Assembly (NCBI GenBank): GCA_021325355.1
Contig: JAJPHI010000018.1
Span: forward strand, 193,617-257,616
Length of the DNA stretch: 64,000 nucleotides
From: Pseudomonadota bacterium
GTDB taxonomy: Bacteria; Desulfobacterota; Binatia; Binatales; Binataceae
Reading direction: 5' to 3'
A model generated the notes under the pieces. The model made no database searches, was not told the origin of the DNA, and saw nothing but the letters and a program-made list of their open reading frames with translations. This document shows positions 38,154-47,828 of this stretch, piece after piece. A program made the translations under genes and the position numbers. How positions within the stretch are numbered: the stretch's first letter is position 1; each line of letters opens with the position of its first letter.

Positions 38154-38581
38154 AGCGACCCTCCGAAAAGGTGATTGATCACGAACACGGTCAAGGCGCC
38201 GGTGGCGAGGAAGACGGCCGTTGCCGCGATCGAGCGCCGCGAGAGTCGGCTGACCCCGCAGACGCCGTGCCCGCTGGTGCATCCGTTGCCCAGTCGCGTG
38301 CCGTAGCCGACCAGCAGACCGGCCGCCATCAGTGCGGCGGGCGAGCGGACGAGGCCGAAAGCGAAGGCCTGCGGCAGCAGGAGTCTAAGGAGCAGCCCGC
38401 CCGCAACAAGACCGGCGAGGAAGCAGCCCTTCCAGAGCGTTTCGCCGCGCACCGGTCTCAGAATGCCGGCGAAGATGCCGCTGATGCCGGCGACCTTGCC
38501 GTCCAGCAGCAGCATCGCCGAGGCGCTCACGCCGATGAGAAGTCCGCCAATCAGTGACTGAAGCGGTGTGAAGTTCTGCAT
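38150..38581 (-). CDS. YeeE/YedE family sulfur transporter subunit
   Basis: [38 protein letters not shown]. Confidence 0.9.
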   Translation of the reverse strand: MQNFTPLQSLIGGLLIGVSASAMLLLDGKVAGISGIFAGILRPVRGETLWKGCFLAGLVAGGLLLRLLLPQAFAFGLVRSPAALMAAGLLVGYGTRLGNGCTSGHGVCGVSRLSRRSIAATAVFLATGALTVFVINHLFGGSL

Positions 38582-38640
38582 CGCTGTCCCCCGTCAGATG
38601 GCGCGATCGGTTGCGCCGTCATGGTTAATCATATAACCAT

Positions 38641-39072
38641 ATGTTCATGAAAGCCAACCGCGGCGCCGGACCGAGGGGGATCGCCACCGCGATACCGCCG
38701 GCGGCGCTCGAGCTGGTGGCGGCGCGTTTCCGCGCGCTCGGCGAGCCCCTGCGCCTGCGGATGCTGCAAAGTCTCGAGGGCCGCGAGATGAGCGTCTCGG
38801 CGCTGGCCGGAATGGTCGGGTCGACGCAGCCCAACATCAGCAAGCATCTGCGCGTCCTGCAGGAGGTTGGACTGGTCCGACGGCGCCAGCAGGGCGTCAC
38901 GGCCTACTATGCGATCGCCGACGAAACGGTGTTCGAGCTCTGCGAGCTGGTCTGCGCCGGAGTCCGTGATCGGCTCGAATCGCAGGTGGGCGCGCTGGGT
39001 TCGAGCGGTTTGTCGCGACCCCGCAGTAGCGGCTCGATGCGCCGGCGGCGCGCGCTGCGACCGCCGGCTTGA
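38641..39072 (+). CDS. ArsR/SmtB family regulator
   Basis: FRALGEPLRLRML, TQPNISKHLRVL, YYAIAD, C-terminal LCELVC; divergent from the YeeE pair. Confidence 0.9.
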   Translation: MFMKANRGAGPRGIATAIPPAALELVAARFRALGEPLRLRMLQSLEGREMSVSALAGMVGSTQPNISKHLRVLQEVGLVRRRQQGVTAYYAIADETVFELCELVCAGVRDRLESQVGALGSSGLSRPRSSGSMRRRRALRPPA

Positions 39073-39128
39073 ACGGCCCGCGGGTTGCGCGTCCCACACA
39101 ATGATCGAGGCAAAGGTGTGAAGGAGGT

Positions 39129-39488
39129 ATGGTGCAAACTCTGGTTGTCCTGCTCATCGGTATCGCCGCCGGCATTCTCGGTGGGTTCTTCGGCGTGGCC
39201 GGCGGGGTGCTGATCGTTCCCGCGCTGGTGATTCTGCTCGCGATGCCGCAGCAGACCGCCGTCGGCACCTCGCTCGCGGCGCTGCTGCCACCGGTCGGTC
39301 TGCTCGGCGCGCTCGAGTACTACAAGCACGGCAACGTGAATTTCCTGTACGCGATGCTGCTCGCGTGCGGTCTTTTGGTGGGCGCCTATTTCGGGTCGAT
39401 TCTCGCCGTGAAAGTTTCCGAGGACACCTTGCGTCGCGCATTCGCCTTGTTTTTGATTCTGATCGCCGTCAAGCTCTTCATGGACTGA
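39129..39488 (+). CDS. half-size TauE/SafE (TSUP) membrane protein
   Basis: GFFGVAGGVLIVP, QQTAVGTSL, LPPVGL; SD AAGGAGG. Confidence 0.85.
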   Translation: MVQTLVVLLIGIAAGILGGFFGVAGGVLIVPALVILLAMPQQTAVGTSLAALLPPVGLLGALEYYKHGNVNFLYAMLLACGLLVGAYFGSILAVKVSEDTLRRAFALFLILIAVKLFMD

Positions 39489-39783
39489 GGGCCGCGGGGC
39501 GCATCGACGCCTCCCTTACCCGCGCGCGGTCGGCTGGACGATCGTGGGAAAGACCGTCAGTGCATCGGGGCGGCGGCGCCGATCGCGCGGCTAGGGGTTG
39601 GTGAAGCTCCGCGGCGTGCGGCCGCCGGCGCCCCGATGGCGCTCGCGACGAGCGGCTCTGCCAAATGATCCGCATCCCAACTAAAATCGTGCTTAAGTTA
39701 GACATGGCGGTCGAATTGTTTGGCGTGTGCGACCGTCATTCAGGATTGCATCCGGATAAAGGAGCCGGGGCGGAAACCATTTT

Positions 39784-40638
39784 ATGAGCGCAATCAAAAC
39801 GACGCTGCTGATGGGCGCACTGACCGCAATTATTCTCCTGTTCGGCGGCATGTTCGGCGGACGCCAGGGGCTGGTTATCGCTTTTGTCTTTGCTGTCGTC
39901 ACGAATTTCGTGAGCTACTGGTTCTCGGACAAGATGGTGCTGGCGGCGTATCGGGCGCAGCCGCTGAACCCGGCCGATGCTCCCGAGCTTTACGGTATCG
40001 TGAGCGAGCTTGCGCAGTCGGCCGGCATCCCGACGCCGCGGCTCTATCTGATCGACACCGATACGCCGAACGCGTTTGCCACCGGACGCAGTCCGCGGCA
40101 TGCGGCGGTTGCGGTGACCCGGGGGATCATGCGGATCTGCAATCGCGAGGAGTTGAAAGGGGTGCTCGGGCATGAGCTTTCGCACGTCCTTAATCGCGAC
40201 ATCCTGATAAGTTCCATTGCCGCGACGCTCGCCGGAGTAATCATGATGCTCGGCTCGTTTGCGCGATGGGCGGCGATCTTCGGCGGATTTGACGGCCGCG
40301 AAGAGGGGAATCAGCGCGGCGGCGCGCTTGGCTTGATCGTGATGGCGATCCTCGCGCCGTTTGCCGCGATGCTGATTCAGCTCGCGATCTCGCGAACGCG
40401 CGAATATCAGGCCGACGCGAGCGGCGCGCGCCTCGCGCATAACCCGTTGTATCTCGCCAATGCGCTGCGCAAGCTCGAGAGCGCGAACGAGCGGATGCCG
40501 ATGGACGCGGGTCCCGCGACCGCGCACCTGTTCATCGTCAATCCGCTGAGCGGCGGCTTTCTGGCGAAGCTGTTCTCGACCCATCCGCCGCTCGAGGAGC
40601 GTATCCGACGGCTGGAACAGATGGCGTATAGCGGCTAA
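39784..40638 (+). CDS. htpX: zinc metalloprotease HtpX
   Basis: [35 protein letters not shown]. Confidence 0.95.
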   Translation: MSAIKTTLLMGALTAIILLFGGMFGGRQGLVIAFVFAVVTNFVSYWFSDKMVLAAYRAQPLNPADAPELYGIVSELAQSAGIPTPRLYLIDTDTPNAFATGRSPRHAAVAVTRGIMRICNREELKGVLGHELSHVLNRDILISSIAATLAGVIMMLGSFARWAAIFGGFDGREEGNQRGGALGLIVMAILAPFAAMLIQLAISRTREYQADASGARLAHNPLYLANALRKLESANERMPMDAGPATAHLFIVNPLSGGFLAKLFSTHPPLEERIRRLEQMAYSG

Positions 40639-40677
40639 CCTTTATTCCTCCCGATTGTCGCAACACCAGTAAGGGCC

Positions 40678-41112
40678 ATGGCTGACGAGGAAGAAGAGAA
40701 GAGTCGGGGCTTCAAGGTCGAGGATCGGCGTCGCTTCTCGGCCGAGGGCGAACCGCGGGCGAACGCCGACGAACCCGTCGCCGAAAACCCCGCTGCCCGG
40801 CAGCGGTCGGAGGCGAGCGCCGCGGCGAAGTCGCCCGGTCGGGGGGCTGAGCGTTCCGCGCCGGCCTCGGAGATCACTTTCGCCGGGTTTGTCGTTGGCC
40901 TTTCGACGCAGGCGCTGCTTCATCTTGGCGAGATTCAGGAACCGAGCGTGGGCGGCGGTCCCGACCTGAGCGCGGCCCAGGAGGTCATCGACGTGCTCGG
41001 GATGCTGCAACAGAAGACGCGCGGCAATCTCGACAAGAATGAGCAGGATTTGCTCGAGGCGATTCTTTTCGACCTGCGCATGAAGTACGTTGAACGCAGC
41101 CGCCGCGGCTGA
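40678..41112 (+). CDS. DUF1844 domain protein
   Basis: GFKVEDRRRF, QALLHLG, IDVLGML..KTRGNL..E..LL..ILFDLRMKYV. Confidence 0.85.
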   Translation: MADEEEEKSRGFKVEDRRRFSAEGEPRANADEPVAENPAARQRSEASAAAKSPGRGAERSAPASEITFAGFVVGLSTQALLHLGEIQEPSVGGGPDLSAAQEVIDVLGMLQQKTRGNLDKNEQDLLEAILFDLRMKYVERSRRG

Positions 41113-41186
41113 AGCGAGTCGTCCGCCGTTCGCCGGAGAAGTTTCACTTAAAGGAGCGCGAACGTCCGCAGAGTCGTGCCGATTGC

Positions 41187-43550
41187 GTGCGTAGAGCGAT
41201 TAAATTTGCGCTGTTGGGCCTCGCGCTGATCGCGGTCTTCGCGGCGGCGCCGGCAGTGTTCGCCTTCCTCAGCTACTACCACGCTCTCGAGGACGAAGTG
41301 GTCACCCGCTTCTCGAACAAGCACTGGACCATTCCGTCGCTGGTGTACTCGGATTCGACGACCATTTATCCGGGGCAAAAGATTGGCGATATCGGTTTGA
41401 TGGAGCGGCTCGCCCGGCTCAATTACCATCGCGTCGCCCCGGGCCAGGTGACGGCGCGCGGCGAATACAGTTTCGATCCCGCGAGCGGACGCTTCGAGAT
41501 CTTCCTGCACAGCTTCCATTATCCCTACACGCAGTTTCCCGGCGAGCTGGTCGCGATGCGCATTTCGCCGGTAGAGACCATCATCGCGATGGAAGATGTC
41601 GCGACCCATCAACCGCTCTATTCGATCGAGCTCGAGCCGGAAATGCTCGGCGCGATTTTCCAGGGTGATTGGGAGCAGCGGCGGATCGTGCCGCTCGGCG
41701 AAGTGCCGCCGGCCTTTATTGATGCGGTTCTGGCGGCCGAAGACCATCGCTTTTACGAGCATCACGGCATCGATATCGTGCGCACGCTGAAGGCGGCCTG
41801 GATCGATTTTACCGCCGGTCATGTGGTGCAGGGCGGTTCGACGCTGACGCAGCAGTTGATGAAGAATTTTTTTCTGACCAGCCGCCGCGACTGGCATCGC
41901 AAGGTCAAGGAAGCCCTGATGGCGTATATCGCCGAACAGCGCTATTCGAAGGATGAGATCCTGGAAAATTACCTGAACGACATCTATCTCGGGCAGCGGG
42001 GCAAGGAAGGTATCTACGGGATCTGGGAAGCGGCGGAATTCTATTTTTCGAAGGAACCGCGGGATCTCTCGCTGGCCGAGATGGCGACGATTGCCGGCAT
42101 GATTCGCTCGCCGAACCATTTCAACCCGCTGCGCCATCCGGCCGACGCCGAGCGTCGGCGCAATGAAGTGCTGGCGGCGATGCTCGCCGACGGCTATATC
42201 AGCAAGCCGGCGTACGACGCGGCGGTGACGGAACCGCTGCGCGTGCGTGAGCCGTTCAACGAATCCAACGACGCCCCCTACTTCGTCGACTACGTCAAAC
42301 ACGAGCTGGCTGAGCGTTATCCGGCCTCGGTGCTGACCGGCGAGGGTCTGCGTATTTTCACCACTCTCGACGTCCACACGGAGAAGCAGGCGGAGGCGGC
42401 CGTCGACCAGAATCTGACCCGTCTCGAAGAGCAGCATCCGTCGCTGCGGCGCAAGGAGCGCGGCGATCAACTCGAATCGTGCCTGGTCGCGATCGAGCCG
42501 CAGACCGGCAAAATTCGCGCGATGGTCGGCGGCCGCGATTATCGCGAGAGTCAGTTCAACCGCGTCACCCAGGCAAAGCGCCAGCCCGGATCGGCCTTCA
42601 AGCCGCTGACCTATCTGGCGGCGCTGCAGGAGACCTTCGAAGGCGGTCCGGACCGCTATCTGCCCACCAGCTTTATCGACGACACGCCGTTTACCTGGCA
42701 ATTCGGCACGACCAGTTGGTCGCCGCGCAATTACAAGGATCGTTACTTCGGCCGCGTCACGCTCGAATTTGCCCTGGCGGAATCGCTGAACTCGGCCACC
42801 GCGAGACTGGCGGACGCGGTCGGCCTTGACCGCATCATTGCGATGGCCAACAAGCTCGGCTTCAGCGATCTCCCGCCCTATCCGTCGATCGTTCTGGGCG
42901 GCACCGAGGTGACGCCGTTGCAGCTCGCCAATATGTATGCGGTGCTGGCCAATGAAGGCATGGAGGTGCCGTTTTCCGCAGTGACCGCGGTGGTCGATCA
43001 GCACGGGCGGATCGTCGAAGGCCACGAACTGGGAGCGCAGCAGGTGCTCACGCCCGAAGTTGCCTATACGATGGACTTCATGCTGGAGCAGGTGATTGAG
43101 CGTGGCACCGGAGTGGGCGCGCGTCGCGCCGGTTTCCTGCGTCCCGCGGCCGGCAAGACCGGCACCACCAACGACTCGAAAGATGCCTGGTTTGCCGGGT
43201 TCACGCCGAATCTGCTCGCGGTCGTGTGGACCGGCTTCGATCAAAAAGAGGAGTTGGGACTGACCGGCGCGGAAGCCTCGCTGCCGGCCTGGACCGCATT
43301 CATGAAGGCGGCCACGGCGTCGCGGCCGATTCTGGATTTTGTCGCGCCCGCCGGAGTGGTCGTCGAAAAAATTGATCCGGCGAGCGGCTGCCCGAGCGCT
43401 CACGGCATCCTCGGCGTCTTTCCGCGTGATACGGCGCCCGGCGCCTCCTGCATCCCGACTCCAGGCGCGACGATTCCGGTGGGAGCGACCGATCAGGGCG
43501 GCGCCAGCGCCCCTGACAACGCCGCGCTCGATTCTTCGCCGAACGATTGA
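41187..43550 (+). CDS. mrcB: class A penicillin-binding protein (PBP1B-like)
   Basis: TM anchor, UB2H-like insert, EDHRFYEHHGID, GGSTLTQQL, SAFK (SxxK), SLN, KTG. Confidence 0.9.
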   Translation: MRRAIKFALLGLALIAVFAAAPAVFAFLSYYHALEDEVVTRFSNKHWTIPSLVYSDSTTIYPGQKIGDIGLMERLARLNYHRVAPGQVTARGEYSFDPASGRFEIFLHSFHYPYTQFPGELVAMRISPVETIIAMEDVATHQPLYSIELEPEMLGAIFQGDWEQRRIVPLGEVPPAFIDAVLAAEDHRFYEHHGIDIVRTLKAAWIDFTAGHVVQGGSTLTQQLMKNFFLTSRRDWHRKVKEALMAYIAEQRYSKDEILENYLNDIYLGQRGKEGIYGIWEAAEFYFSKEPRDLSLAEMATIAGMIRSPNHFNPLRHPADAERRRNEVLAAMLADGYISKPAYDAAVTEPLRVREPFNESNDAPYFVDYVKHELAERYPASVLTGEGLRIFTTLDVHTEKQAEAAVDQNLTRLEEQHPSLRRKERGDQLESCLVAIEPQTGKIRAMVGGRDYRESQFNRVTQAKRQPGSAFKPLTYLAALQETFEGGPDRYLPTSFIDDTPFTWQFGTTSWSPRNYKDRYFGRVTLEFALAESLNSATARLADAVGLDRIIAMANKLGFSDLPPYPSIVLGGTEVTPLQLANMYAVLANEGMEVPFSAVTAVVDQHGRIVEGHELGAQQVLTPEVAYTMDFMLEQVIERGTGVGARRAGFLRPAAGKTGTTNDSKDAWFAGFTPNLLAVVWTGFDQKEELGLTGAEASLPAWTAFMKAATASRPILDFVAPAGVVVEKIDPASGCPSAHGILGVFPRDTAPGASCIPTPGATIPVGATDQGGASAPDNAALDSSPND

Positions 43551-44437
43551 TGGGCCGAGGGGAGAATAGGGCGCGCGGCGCCGTAGCGGCCCGCGCTCTT
43601 GCGATCGCGGCGGTGGCGCTCGGCGCGCTCATCGGGCGGGTCTCGCGGTCGCGCGCCTTCTCGGTGGAGAGCCTGCCGGGCAGTTCGCCGGCGCCGCTCG
43701 CGGCGGCCGGCACGGCGACGTCCGGGGCCCCGTCCGGCGCCCCGTCCGGCGCGGCGACCGACATGGACGTGACTGCGGGAGCGACGCCGTCTCCGTCGCT
43801 GGCCGAGCCGGCCGCCGCCGCGCTACCGTCGGCGTCCGATGCGGCGCCGACGCCGATGCCGCCGGCGCTCGACGTTAATGCGATCAACACCGCTCCCGAT
43901 CTCGAGTCCGCCTCGCTGCTGCCGGAAATCAAGCGCGCGGACACGCCGGCGCTGGCCGCCTCGCTGCGCTCGACCGAGCAGGCACGGGTGGAGTTTGGCC
44001 AGGGCGACGTCGACGCCGCGTTGCGCGATCTGAGTCGCGCGGTTTCGATCGATCCGAGCGATCCGTGGGCCTATTACTATCTCGGCCGGGTGTATTTCCA
44101 ACGCCGCAATTACGCGCAGGCGCAGACCTTCCTGCAGCGTTCGGAGCTGGGCTTCGCCGGGCGGCCGGATTGGCTGGCGGAAACCCTCACGCTCGAAGGC
44201 ACCTGTGATGAGGAACTGGGGCGCACCGCGGACGCCGCCCGGGCTTATCAACGGGCGGTGGCGGCGGCGCCGAACAATTTCCGCGCGAAACTCGGTTACG
44301 ACCGCCTCTCCTACGCGATCGCCACGCCGGGCGCGCTCGACGCCGGCGCACCCTCGGGAAGCGAGGCGTTGCCGCCGCCGTCCGCACCGCCCCCCGAAGC
44401 GCCTCCCGACGAGCCGCCCCCGCCCGAAGACCAGTGA
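43547..44437 (+). CDS. TPR-repeat protein with Pro/Ala/Ser-rich linker
   Basis: TPR signatures (AVSIDPSDPWAYYYLGRVY, AYQRAVAAAPNN); hydrophobic N-terminus; overlaps the PBP stop. Confidence 0.75.
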   Translation: MMGRGENRARGAVAARALAIAAVALGALIGRVSRSRAFSVESLPGSSPAPLAAAGTATSGAPSGAPSGAATDMDVTAGATPSPSLAEPAAAALPSASDAAPTPMPPALDVNAINTAPDLESASLLPEIKRADTPALAASLRSTEQARVEFGQGDVDAALRDLSRAVSIDPSDPWAYYYLGRVYFQRRNYAQAQTFLQRSELGFAGRPDWLAETLTLEGTCDEELGRTADAARAYQRAVAAAPNNFRAKLGYDRLSYAIATPGALDAGAPSGSEALPPPSAPPPEAPPDEPPPPEDQ

Positions 44438-44517
44438 TCCGCAGAGGCGGCGTGAGATGAGCCGCCGCTTTGAGATTGTGTCGCCAAATGCAAGGATTTT
44501 CCCAGCCGGAGGAACCG

Positions 44518-45675
44518 ATGCGCCGAGACATTTTTAGCGAAGAGCATGAGATGTTCCGCACTCAGGTGCGGCGTCTGATCGAACACGAGATCGAACCGAA
44601 AATTCCGCAATGGAACCGCGACGGCATGAGCGATCGCGAAAGCTGGCGCAAGCTTGGCGCGGCCGGCTTCCTCGGTGCCAACGCGCCCGAGGAGTACGGC
44701 GGCGGCGGCGTCGACTTTCTCTACGACGCCATCGTGATCGAGGAGATGGCGCGGGTGCGCGCTCACGGGCTCATGATGGGTCTGCATTCGGATATCTGCC
44801 TGCCTTACATCACCGCGTACGGCAACGAAGAACAGAAGCGCCGCTATATCCCCGGCGCCTGCAGCGGCGAGCTCATTCTGGCGATTGCGATGACCGAACC
44901 GGGCACCGGTTCCGATCTCGCCGCGGTGCAAACCAATGCTCGCCGCGACGGCGACGACTACATTCTCAACGGCGCCAAGATGTTCATCTCCAACGGCCAG
45001 ATTGCCGACGCCGTGATCGTCGTCTGCAAGACCGACCCGAAGGCCAAACCCGCCCATCGGGGGGTCAGCCTGATAATCGTTGATCGCGATACGCCGGGCT
45101 TCGTGCGCGGGCGCAAGCTCGACAAGCTCGGATTCAAGGGCCAGGACACCAGTGAGCTGTTTTTCGAGGACTGCCGGGTGCCCGCCGCCAACCTCCTTGG
45201 CCAGGAAGGCCAGGGCTTCAAGATGCTGATGGAGAAGCTGCAGCAGGAACGCCTGGTCTGCGCCGTCGGCGCCCTGGCCAGCGCCCGCCGATGCCTCGAT
45301 GACACCATCGCCTACACCAAGCAGCGCAAGGCCTTCGGCCAGCCGATCGCGGCCTTCCAGAATACGCAGTTCAAACTCGCCGAGATGGAGACCGAGGTCG
45401 AAGTGGGCCAGGCCTTTGTCGATCGCTGTCTCGTCGCGCACGTGCGCGGGGACGATATCGTGTCCGAAGTGAGCATGGCCAAGTGGTGGACTACGGATCT
45501 GCTGAAGAAGGTCAGCAGTCAGTGTCTGCAGCTACACGGCGGCTACGGCTTCATGAATGAATTCCCGGTTGCGACCGATTATGCCGACGCCGCGATTCAA
45601 TCGATTTACGCCGGCACCAACGAAATCATGAAGGTGATTATCGCGCGCCGCATGGGGCTCGATAACCGCGCCTGA
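44518..45675 (+). CDS. acyl-CoA dehydrogenase
   Basis: AMTEPGTGSD, NGAKMFISNG, QDTSELFF, LQQERL, RKAFG, LHGGYG, IYAGTNEIMK. Confidence 0.95.
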   Translation: MRRDIFSEEHEMFRTQVRRLIEHEIEPKIPQWNRDGMSDRESWRKLGAAGFLGANAPEEYGGGGVDFLYDAIVIEEMARVRAHGLMMGLHSDICLPYITAYGNEEQKRRYIPGACSGELILAIAMTEPGTGSDLAAVQTNARRDGDDYILNGAKMFISNGQIADAVIVVCKTDPKAKPAHRGVSLIIVDRDTPGFVRGRKLDKLGFKGQDTSELFFEDCRVPAANLLGQEGQGFKMLMEKLQQERLVCAVGALASARRCLDDTIAYTKQRKAFGQPIAAFQNTQFKLAEMETEVEVGQAFVDRCLVAHVRGDDIVSEVSMAKWWTTDLLKKVSSQCLQLHGGYGFMNEFPVATDYADAAIQSIYAGTNEIMKVIIARRMGLDNRA

Positions 45676-45881
45676 TTCGCTCTGACGCTCAAAGCGCGGC
45701 GGTGCGGGACGCTGGCGGGCGGGATCGATCCAGTTCCCTGAAGCGGCGCGCATCGCCGCGGGCTCCGACGGGTCGCCCTGAGCGACCCCGAACGGTTCAC
45801 CGCGAACGACCGACAATTTGTCGCGCCGGGCCCGGGCGGCGCGTTCGCCGCACCGGCGCTGCGCGTCAGTCAGCCAGATTC

Positions 45882-46175
45882 TCAGAACCAGTCAGGATGG
45901 TGGTGCTTCGCCCAATCGGGGTCGTGTTTTTTCCACCAGTCGCGATCGTGCCAATGATGGTCGCGGTCATCCCAGTCGCCATTTCTGGCCCATTCCGGAT
46001 GATGATGCTTCACCCACTCCGGATGATGATCCTCCCACCAATCCTGGTCATGCCACTGATGGTGATCGTCGTAGTCGCCCCATCCGTGATGATCCTGAGC
46101 ATAAGTCAGATGCGGCGCTGCGGCGGCGAGGAACCCCACAACCGTAGCACCGGCCAAAAGCGCACGAAGCTTCAT
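45882..46175 (-). CDS. secreted His/Trp/Asp-rich two-repeat miniprotein
   Basis: SD AGGAGG; Sec signal ending TYA; two ~33-aa repeats GD(Y/W)DD..H.WHD.DWW..H.P.W.KHHHP.W. Confidence 0.85.
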   Translation of the reverse strand: MKLRALLAGATVVGFLAAAAPHLTYAQDHHGWGDYDDHHQWHDQDWWEDHHPEWVKHHHPEWARNGDWDDRDHHWHDRDWWKKHDPDWAKHHHPDWF

Positions 46176-46690
46176 ACATCCTCCTGTCTTTCCAGCGCCC
46201 TGTCGCAGCGCCGCGCGAGGCCCGAAGGACCTCAGTTACAGGTAAGCAAGAGCGTGACCATCACGCATTGGCCATCGTAAGCCCGATCTATTATCTTCTG
46301 GCAGCATTCGCCACCCGTAAGACCATCGACGAGATCGTCACTCACGCCAGAGAATATACCGCAGTCCGGGTTCCGACCGCCCGACATTTCACGCAAGCGG
46401 ACTCTCGTGGAACGATGCAGCGCGGTCGAAACGAAGCCTGACACATTTTGCACGCTATCCCAAGCGCGGCAGACCACTTGTCCCGGAGGCGTGGTGGCGG
46501 CGCGCGCCGCAGGGCTCGTCCCTCACCAGGGACGCCGGCTATAGCGGATCAAGGAGAACGAGCGCGAAGCTTATGGAAACCAAGGCCGTCGCCGCCGCTC
46601 GGATACCGGTGCCGCAGATATTAATTTTGTAGAAGGAGAAAATAAGATAGCGCGCCTCTTTCGATTTTGATCGAAACAGGCTATAGCAGC

Positions 46691-46807
46691 TTGCATGCTT
46701 CTGGGGAGTATGCTGCCTCAGGCGTCTTGGGGACAGGGCCTTGCTTTCGGGGAAGAATCAAGACCCATAAAACGACCTGACTCAGCGCTCCCCACAGAAG
46801 CATGCAA
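46691..46807 (-). other. 117-nt rod-like inverted repeat (candidate structured RNA or MITE)
   Basis: Perfect 13-bp terminal arms TTGCATGCTTCTG/CAGAAGCATGCAA plus nested arms GGGAG/CTCCC, GCTG/CAGC, TCAGG/CCTGA, GGGCCTTG/CAAGACCC; strand inferred from G-U pairs. Confidence 0.6.
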
Positions 46808-46921
46808 TGCAGGCTGACCTGCGTATGGGCTGAACCTTGAAATTGGGGGCCAAGCGACTACATCGTATCCTCGCTCCTCATTCAGGTCCGCACAGAAAGT
46901 TGCGGCCGCACGGGAACCTCT

Positions 46922-46947
46922 GGTACCAATTAAATAACAATAGTACC
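46922..46947. promoter_or_regulatory. putative TetR operator palindrome
   Basis: GGTAC-N16(AT-rich)-GTACC upstream of the TetR gene. Confidence 0.4.
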
Positions 46948-47065
46948 GCCGATGAGTCAAATCCCCCGATCCGCTTCCGGCATCCAGATATGCGCGCTGC
47001 CTGCTGCGTCACGCCCGTCGATGCGGCGGCTGGCGGCGCGGAACCAAGACCCGATGAGGCCGGCG

Positions 47066-47728
47066 ATGATTAGCCAACGGTCCCTGACTCGCGCCTCGAC
47101 TCGCCTCGAGCGGCTTCTTGACGAAGCCGAACAACTGTTCGTGCGCGAGGGTTTTCTTCATCTGAGCACGGCTGAGCTTGCCGCCCGCCTGCGCTGTTCC
47201 AAACGCGCACTCTATGCGATCGCGCCCTGCGCCGAGAAATTCTTCGCCGCCGTGATCACGCGGCGCACCCGGCGCCTCGCCGAGGAGCTGGTGGCGCAAA
47301 TCGAAGCCGCTCCCGACGTGGATACGGCGCTGGTCACCTGCCTTGACTCGATCGCGGCGATTCTCGAGCAGGATTCGCCGGTGTTCCTGCGCGACCTGAC
47401 CCAGTTCTCGCCGGGGGTGCAGGCGCGCAAGGATTTTCAGCAGCAACTCGCCGACGCGCTGGTCCGTCTCATCGAACGCGGCGAGCGCCAGCACGTGTTT
47501 CGCCGTATCGAACCGCGCGTGGCGGCCGAGGCCCTGCTGGTGTCGGTGGGCAGGATGGTCGAATCGGACTTTCTGGCGCACTCGCCGATCACCGCGGCCG
47601 AAGCTATCCGCCAGCTCTACCAGGTCTTTGCCTGTGGCCTGCGTTCGAGCCGCAATGGGACCCGGACGGCCGCCCGCGCGCCCGCCCGCAAACGCCTCGA
47701 GCGCGTGGTCCATCCCGCCCTGGTCTGA
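47066..47728 (+). CDS. TetR/AcrR family regulator (start uncertain; ORF extends to 46952)
   Basis: LLDEAEQLFVREGF..STAELAARLRCSKRALY HTH; GAGG before ATG 47066. Confidence 0.88.
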   Translation: MISQRSLTRASTRLERLLDEAEQLFVREGFLHLSTAELAARLRCSKRALYAIAPCAEKFFAAVITRRTRRLAEELVAQIEAAPDVDTALVTCLDSIAAILEQDSPVFLRDLTQFSPGVQARKDFQQQLADALVRLIERGERQHVFRRIEPRVAAEALLVSVGRMVESDFLAHSPITAAEAIRQLYQVFACGLRSSRNGTRTAARAPARKRLERVVHPALV

Positions 47729-47828
47729 CCGCACCGTCGGCAACGCGCGCGGCGAGGCCTCGCGGCGCAGGCGGCAGCAGACCGCTTCGCCAAGTCGTCG
47801 TCGGTGAGGTCGGCTGGGTGCCCCGCCC

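Noticed and set aside
34475-39488. Genomic island or prophage at tRNA-Lys
   Set aside because: No integrase or phage genes, and no duplicated tRNA 3' end noticed by eye; only a modest GC drop on the left side.
41148-43403. 751-aa minus-strand ORF
   Set aside because: Antisense shadow of PBP1B caused by high-GC codon bias; no recognisable motifs.
45882-46100. Repetitive GATGATG-rich DNA and hydrophobic plus-strand ORF 45702-46280
   Set aside because: Explained by His/Trp/Asp codons of the minus-strand miniprotein, which has an SD and signal peptide; not an array.
46870-46900. TCAGGTCCG resembling the SRP RNA core
   Set aside because: Lacks the following GAAGGAAGCAG motif and the flanking helix.
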